Origin: an uncultured bacterium
GTDB lineage: Bacteria; Fidelibacterota; Marinisomatia; Marinisomatales; UBA1611
Length of the DNA stretch: 64,000 nt
Reading direction: 5' to 3'
NCBI GenBank assembly: GCA_943788175.1
Contig: CALSPG010000003.1
Location: forward strand, 64,001 to 128,000
The notes under the pieces: model-generated
Told to the model about the DNA's origin: nothing
Database searches by the model: none
Seen by the model: the letters and a program-made list of their open reading frames with translations, nothing else
Shown: positions 60,001 to 64,000 of the stretch, piece after piece
Numbering within the stretch: position 1 is the stretch's first letter
Layout: each line of letters starts with the position of its first letter
Made by a program: the position numbers and the translations under genes

Positions 60001-61800
60001 ACTACCTTTATGACTAAAACGAAAAGTAGTTATTATATTCATAAAGGTCTAGAGTTTGATACAGAATATTGTTATAAAATGTCATCTATAGATGCTGATG
60101 GAGATGAGGGTCCATTATCTCCAGTAATGTGTGGCTGGGTCCTGCCGCCTCCTCATTTAACGTTAGTCGAAAAGTTTTTTGTTGAGCAATCTGATAACCA
60201 AATCCTAGATGGAAAAGAGGATGGTTTAATTGTTGTTAAAATAGTAAACGATGGAAGAAGTCCAGCTAGAGAACTAAAACCATTTTTAGAACCATTAAAT
60301 TTTTCAAACACACCATCTCTGATTATTGATACTGTTGCGACTATTCCTATCTTGGGCGTTGGGGATTCCATTACAATTAATTTCCCAATTTCAGCAAAAT
60401 TAAAAATTGAATCTGGTGATAGAAATTTTAATATAAGAATTGATGAATATGCAGGTATGAACTTAGATCCAGAACTCATATCCTTCCCCACATTAGCAGT
60501 CGTACCACCAAATCTTGTAATAGCTGATTTCGCTATTGATAATGAATTTGGACATCACTATATACCAAAAAATGAAACAACTACTCTAACAGTGAGATTT
60601 CAAAATTTATCAATTGGGAAAACGGATACTGCTGTTTTAGCTTTTAGAAGAGGCGAGGGCTTTGAAAATGATTTAGACGAGATAAAGACTTTTGGCTTGG
60701 TCCCAGGTGGAGCATGGTTTGATTTTAGTTTTGAACTGTTAGCAAAAGAAAATCGGTTTACAATCTATTTTGATACATATGATTACTTTGATGTAAGAAA
60801 AACAATTCCTATACACCTTGAAACTTTAAAACATTATAAGGGCAAAGACGATTTAAAAGCCATCGATATTGCCATTAATGACTTTTCACCTCCTGGTCAA
60901 AAGTCAAAAGACCATCGCTTGCTGTTAGACCTTCCTTATGCTAATATGAATCGAGAAATGATAGGTGTCGTGATTGGAAATAAGCATTTTTGGACTGAAA
61001 AAATTCCAGGCAATCAGTCAAGTGAAGAAGATGTCAAAATTGTAAGGCAATATTACAATAAGCTTTTTGGAATGAAAAATCACCAGATGGTACCTTCTCA
61101 ATTTTGGCTTTTTGAAAATGGAGTTACGATTAATAACTTCAATGAGATTTTCAACCCAAATCTTGGATTTATTAAGGATAAGATCGAGTCAGTAGTGGAA
61201 TATTCAAAGTTGGATACAATTGACTTAATGTTATACTATTCAGGAGAGGGAACCACAGTAGCAGGTGAAAAATGTATTATTCCATATGATGCTGATAAAA
61301 ATAAAATCCACTCATTTTTTAAGATAAAAGATTTGTACTCAATGCTTAAAGAAATTAATAAAATTGATAATATCGGAGATATTTTTGTTTTTATGGATGT
61401 TGATTTTAATAACTCGGGATTCAAACAAAACTTAAAAACTGCTGAGCTAGATAATCCAAAAAAGAAAAAGAAAAAGAAAAAGAAAAAAGAAGAAGAACCT
61501 AAACCGATTTTTCCAACGGAGTTAATACCTCCTAAGGGCATTACAATTTTTTACGCTGCAAATACTACAGAAAAATCTTATGATCATCCTGATGCGAAAA
61601 ATGGAATATTTACTTATTATATGTTAAAAGGTCTTCGAGGTGATGCAGACAATGGTGATAAAGCAATTACAGTTGGTGAATTGCATAATTACATTCGTAA
61701 AAATGTTCTTGATACCACAAAAAATCTCTATTCTAGCTTGCCACAAACACCTCAATTATTTACTGAAAATCCTGATAGAGTATTGTTACGACTGCCATAG
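57019..61800 (+). CDS. Large secreted protein: two carboxypeptidase-regulatory-like domains, ~10 FN3 repeats, two Ig-like domains and a degenerate caspase-like (C14) domain
   Basis: Signal peptide; ISGTIKDESG...TKGNGKFKF; repeated W...Y.IYRDG...Y.Y.I...D..G.EG units; C-terminal VVIGN, YYSGEG, FMDVDF, NGIFTYYMLKGLRGDAD, ITVGEL, QTPQL. Confidence 0.8.
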   Translation: MRSKKIINKILLFFFIVLSIISGQAFEISGTIKDESGKKVSNARLTLYSSKYQLVKTERTKGNGKFKFKKITPDKYTLNIYGAGGNSATKEIDLRSKSLTKLEVITSQDDRQPQLTVVSEVGNVILKWEPINNSGEYIIFRNNTELTKTSKPSYKDKVIGGKSYAYNITAVDNNGEKGTRSLTEHGKALLKSPANIKALAKKNTISLSWDEVQNANSYNIYRDDDLINTTTELEYSDYKLKYDEDYDYTIVSVDHHQEEGPKSSSKSISTHKEVKKIKKIKAEAGESIVDLEWTKHELAVKYKIYQNGTLIDSVKAIKYTAKTDPGTENCFTVSAVDKHGTEGPQSVPACDKAQFPPPEKISLTLGEKYSDEMNSLRIEWVPVEGPSSYNIYRDGKSLTNSKNTSYHDKDLDFGKEYTYEISSLSDDGLEGPLSEPTKEQTPKIFKINGQLINEKGQPKIEEAKVFLYNDNNVLWEEYTSGSNGKFTLENRIISGNYRIKVFGNGHGNNGEYAGNGGININIKNKDESPKINLSTDGLRPELSAKRGVQRVLVRWKALPHAESYTVYKNNKPVADKIKETKYIDNVAPGKFYEYHVRAWDLYDLEGPESNKEKQKSSYQFPTLKPSIKMNALKTEGSGRIVTLEWIAIPNVEKYAIYRDSVLISKQEELTYVDSLEWGKEYKFSINSIDPDNDEGAISEDVIVVTHPEVLTPELKALGNVNAVDLTWTDLSPIATFYKVFRNGSYLGDFDNPSFSDNVAPGKEYCYSVSAADQYGTEGEQSTTECGKGQFAPPSNFSAEVMRNTVRFNWKSVEGVSGYHLYRNGELILTTQDFSHLDENIEYDKDFQYDIASFDQDGDDGPIVSVKVRTHEEITSPVMAGAADLKQVTLTWNQLPLRIDHVYKVYRDGLLLADLTDTFYVDIVDPGQYYCYKITAKDSYGTEGPASNEECFKVLVNYPKGFTLTGDVKRVLFRWKQMLGAVQYNIYTHNKDNGETTFMTKTKSSYYIHKGLEFDTEYCYKMSSIDADGDEGPLSPVMCGWVLPPPHLTLVEKFFVEQSDNQILDGKEDGLIVVKIVNDGRSPARELKPFLEPLNFSNTPSLIIDTVATIPILGVGDSITINFPISAKLKIESGDRNFNIRIDEYAGMNLDPELISFPTLAVVPPNLVIADFAIDNEFGHHYIPKNETTTLTVRFQNLSIGKTDTAVLAFRRGEGFENDLDEIKTFGLVPGGAWFDFSFELLAKENRFTIYFDTYDYFDVRKTIPIHLETLKHYKGKDDLKAIDIAINDFSPPGQKSKDHRLLLDLPYANMNREMIGVVIGNKHFWTEKIPGNQSSEEDVKIVRQYYNKLFGMKNHQMVPSQFWLFENGVTINNFNEIFNPNLGFIKDKIESVVEYSKLDTIDLMLYYSGEGTTVAGEKCIIPYDADKNKIHSFFKIKDLYSMLKEINKIDNIGDIFVFMDVDFNNSGFKQNLKTAELDNPKKKKKKKKKKEEEPKPIFPTELIPPKGITIFYAANTTEKSYDHPDAKNGIFTYYMLKGLRGDADNGDKAITVGELHNYIRKNVLDTTKNLYSSLPQTPQLFTENPDRVLLRLP
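61459..61488 (+). repeat. (AAAAAG)n-type tract encoding Lys10
   Basis: AAA AAG x4 plus AAA AAA, followed by GAA x3. Confidence 0.9.
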
Positions 61801-61858
61801 AGTTATTTATAAAGGGTATTAAAATCATAAAGATTTTTAAGCTGGGTTTTTGAAGACA

Positions 61859-64000
61859 ATGAAATTTCTTCTATTTTTACTATTCATTATTAATATTTGT
61901 TTTGCAAATACTGTTTCAATATCAGGAAGTATTTTTAATGACGAAGGCAAACCATCTCGTAAAGCTGAAGTAGAACTTTTAAATATTTTTGATGAGGTTG
62001 TATATGTAGTGAAGACGAATCGAAAAGGAAGATTTGAGATGCTAAACGTCGACCCAGATTACTATTATCTCACTGTGAATCATCCTAAAGACGGTTCAGT
62101 TAGAATCAAAATTAACCCAAGAAAAGAAAGAAATCGTGATCTTATCTTGAGGTTATCTCTTCAAAAAGACAATTCGGATGTATTGATTTATACATTTTCT
62201 AATGTAAAACCTATTTTAAAAGACCCAGCCCTAAGGATAAAAAGTTTAACATCAAATGTTGATGAAAAGGCAATTACTTTAAATTGGAAAAAGTCAAAAC
62301 AGGCAGTTAAATATCAAATTACTCGAAATGGAAATTCTATTGTTGAAACATATGAAAATGCATTTATTGATTCTTCATTATTACCTGGAGTTAAGTATTG
62401 CTATAGAATTACAGCAATAGGCAAATATAATTTGAAAGGCGTAGAAAGCGAACCTTCTTGCAATAGCGCTCTCACAATGGCGCCAAAAAATATTTCAGGT
62501 GCTGTTAATAAAAATAATATAACTTTAAAATGGGATAAGGTTAATGGCGCTCAAAAATACATTGTTAAACGAAATGGCCTCAATATAGGATTGTCTGACT
62601 TAGAGATTTTTAATGATAGTGATTTGGAATATTCTAGAAAATATTTTTACTCTATTACCTCTTTAAGTTCGATTGGAGTTGAAGGGCTTACATCTGCTCC
62701 ATTTGAAATAACAACCAGAGCTTATGTTGAGCCACCAGCATTATCATCTATTATTCAGCAAACTTCCATTAAGCTAATCTGGAATGAAGTAGAACTAGCA
62801 GTAAGTTATAACCTATATAGAGATGGTGGATTAATTGGTAATATAATTGAGAATTCTTACGAAGATAATTGTTATCCTGGGGAAACACATTGTTATCAAA
62901 TAACGAGCATTGATAAATACAATGTTGAGAGTGGATTTTCCGGTAAACATTGCTCGAAATTAAATTTAAAATCACCAAGTAGTTTAAACGTATTAGGTGG
63001 TATTAAATCTAATCGTTTGAGCTGGACAGGAGTTCAAGGCGCATTTGAATATTTGATATTCAAAAGCATTGGAAAAGATTCTACTTTATATCTCAATAAA
63101 ACAAAAAACACTTCTTTCTTGGATAATGATTTAGGATACAATGAAGATCATTGCTATGTTGTTCAAGGATATGACTCTGAAGGTGATAAGAGTGGTTTTT
63201 CAAATATCGTTTGTGGCACAACAAATAATCCACCACTCTTAAAAATAAAGAATGTCAAGCTCATTGATGATTCTCAAAACAGTATTCTAGAAGCTGAAGA
63301 AAGTGGGAAATTAAGATTTGCTATTATAAATGAAGGAGGCAGTCCGTCAAAAAATATAGAAGTAAAAATTGAAAACCATTCATCTGAAAATAGTTTTCTA
63401 CAATATGACTCTTTAAAATTGATTGAGGCAATAAATGTCGATGAAGCTAAATATATTGATTTTATTGTAAAGGCTGATTTAAAAGTAAAATCGGGTGATC
63501 TAAAATTCCAAATAATAGCTTTAGATGAAAATGGTTTTAAAAATGATAAACCATTTGAATTTATTATTAATACAAAAGCGGTTGAGCAACCGAATATAAT
63601 TCTAGCGGACTATTCGATTGAAAATAGTTTTGGTACTAACTATATTCCAAAAAATGAAATTGTCAATCTTACACTTAGAATTCAAAATGTAGGTTTAGGG
63701 CTTACAGAAAAAGTTGATTTTATCCTTATCGAGAACCATACTTTCTCAACAGAAGATTTCACCGGATTAATTCAAATCAAAAAATTGAAACCTGGAGATT
63801 ATCAAGACTTAGATATAAGTGTAAAAAGTGAAAAAGACCAGTTCGCCATAAAGTTTAAAACAGTAGATTACCTAGATAATGAAATCGTTCATCAAGTTGA
63901 TTTAGAGCTAATGAATCATTATAGATCAAAGGAGAGTTTAATTAGCCAGGAAATTGGTGCTGTAAATAGTAATCCATACCCAATAAAAGTTGGTGAGGTA
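61859..64000 (+). CDS. Paralog of the upstream FN3-array protein, 3'-truncated by the window edge; not in the ORF track
   Basis: Manually translated, open for 714 codons from ATG 61859 (MKFLLFLLFIINICFA signal peptide); 4 FN3 repeats; PNIILADYSIENSFGTNYIPKNE matches PNLVIADFAIDNEFGHHYIPKNE of the upstream gene. Confidence 0.88.
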   Translation, partial: MKFLLFLLFIINICFANTVSISGSIFNDEGKPSRKAEVELLNIFDEVVYVVKTNRKGRFEMLNVDPDYYYLTVNHPKDGSVRIKINPRKERNRDLILRLSLQKDNSDVLIYTFSNVKPILKDPALRIKSLTSNVDEKAITLNWKKSKQAVKYQITRNGNSIVETYENAFIDSSLLPGVKYCYRITAIGKYNLKGVESEPSCNSALTMAPKNISGAVNKNNITLKWDKVNGAQKYIVKRNGLNIGLSDLEIFNDSDLEYSRKYFYSITSLSSIGVEGLTSAPFEITTRAYVEPPALSSIIQQTSIKLIWNEVELAVSYNLYRDGGLIGNIIENSYEDNCYPGETHCYQITSIDKYNVESGFSGKHCSKLNLKSPSSLNVLGGIKSNRLSWTGVQGAFEYLIFKSIGKDSTLYLNKTKNTSFLDNDLGYNEDHCYVVQGYDSEGDKSGFSNIVCGTTNNPPLLKIKNVKLIDDSQNSILEAEESGKLRFAIINEGGSPSKNIEVKIENHSSENSFLQYDSLKLIEAINVDEAKYIDFIVKADLKVKSGDLKFQIIALDENGFKNDKPFEFIINTKAVEQPNIILADYSIENSFGTNYIPKNEIVNLTLRIQNVGLGLTEKVDFILIENHTFSTEDFTGLIQIKKLKPGDYQDLDISVKSEKDQFAIKFKTVDYLDNEIVHQVDLELMNHYRSKESLISQEIGAVNSNPYPIKVGEV

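Overview
AT-rich, gene-dense bacterial chromosomal segment, almost all on the + strand. Gene content and order (batA-E, secY-map-infA without adk, ftsK-lolA, low GC) suggest an FCB-group bacterium, most plausibly Candidatus Marinimicrobia/SAR406; this is inference only. 1-18.6 kb: housekeeping and envelope genes (truA, HtrA-family protease, psd-pssA, tatA, batABCDE, SPOR protein, yebC-ruvC-ruvA, gcvT, ftsK-lolA, gmhB, ddl). 18.7-50 kb: one contiguous translation/transcription supercluster (4 tRNAs, tuf, rpmG, tRNA-Trp, secE-nusG-rplKAJL-rpoBC, rpsLG-fusA-tuf, S10, spc and alpha clusters). 50-64 kb: GHL10 hydrolase, hutU-hutI, small hypothetical/DUF genes, and two tandem paralogous secreted proteins with FN3 arrays. 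The complete one ends in a caspase-like (peptidase C14) fold with both catalytic residues replaced by acidic ones and a Lys10 linker; this pair is the best candidate for an undescribed system. Also notable: perfect coding tandem repeats in batC and ftsK, two near-identical tuf copies whose identity extends into the flanks, a shared 16-bp promoter motif before the tRNA-tuf and rpsL units, zinc-free L33/S14 in core operons, many TTG starts, and two single-base frameshifts (batD, rplO) that are probably assembly errors. No mobile element, CRISPR or rRNA was seen.
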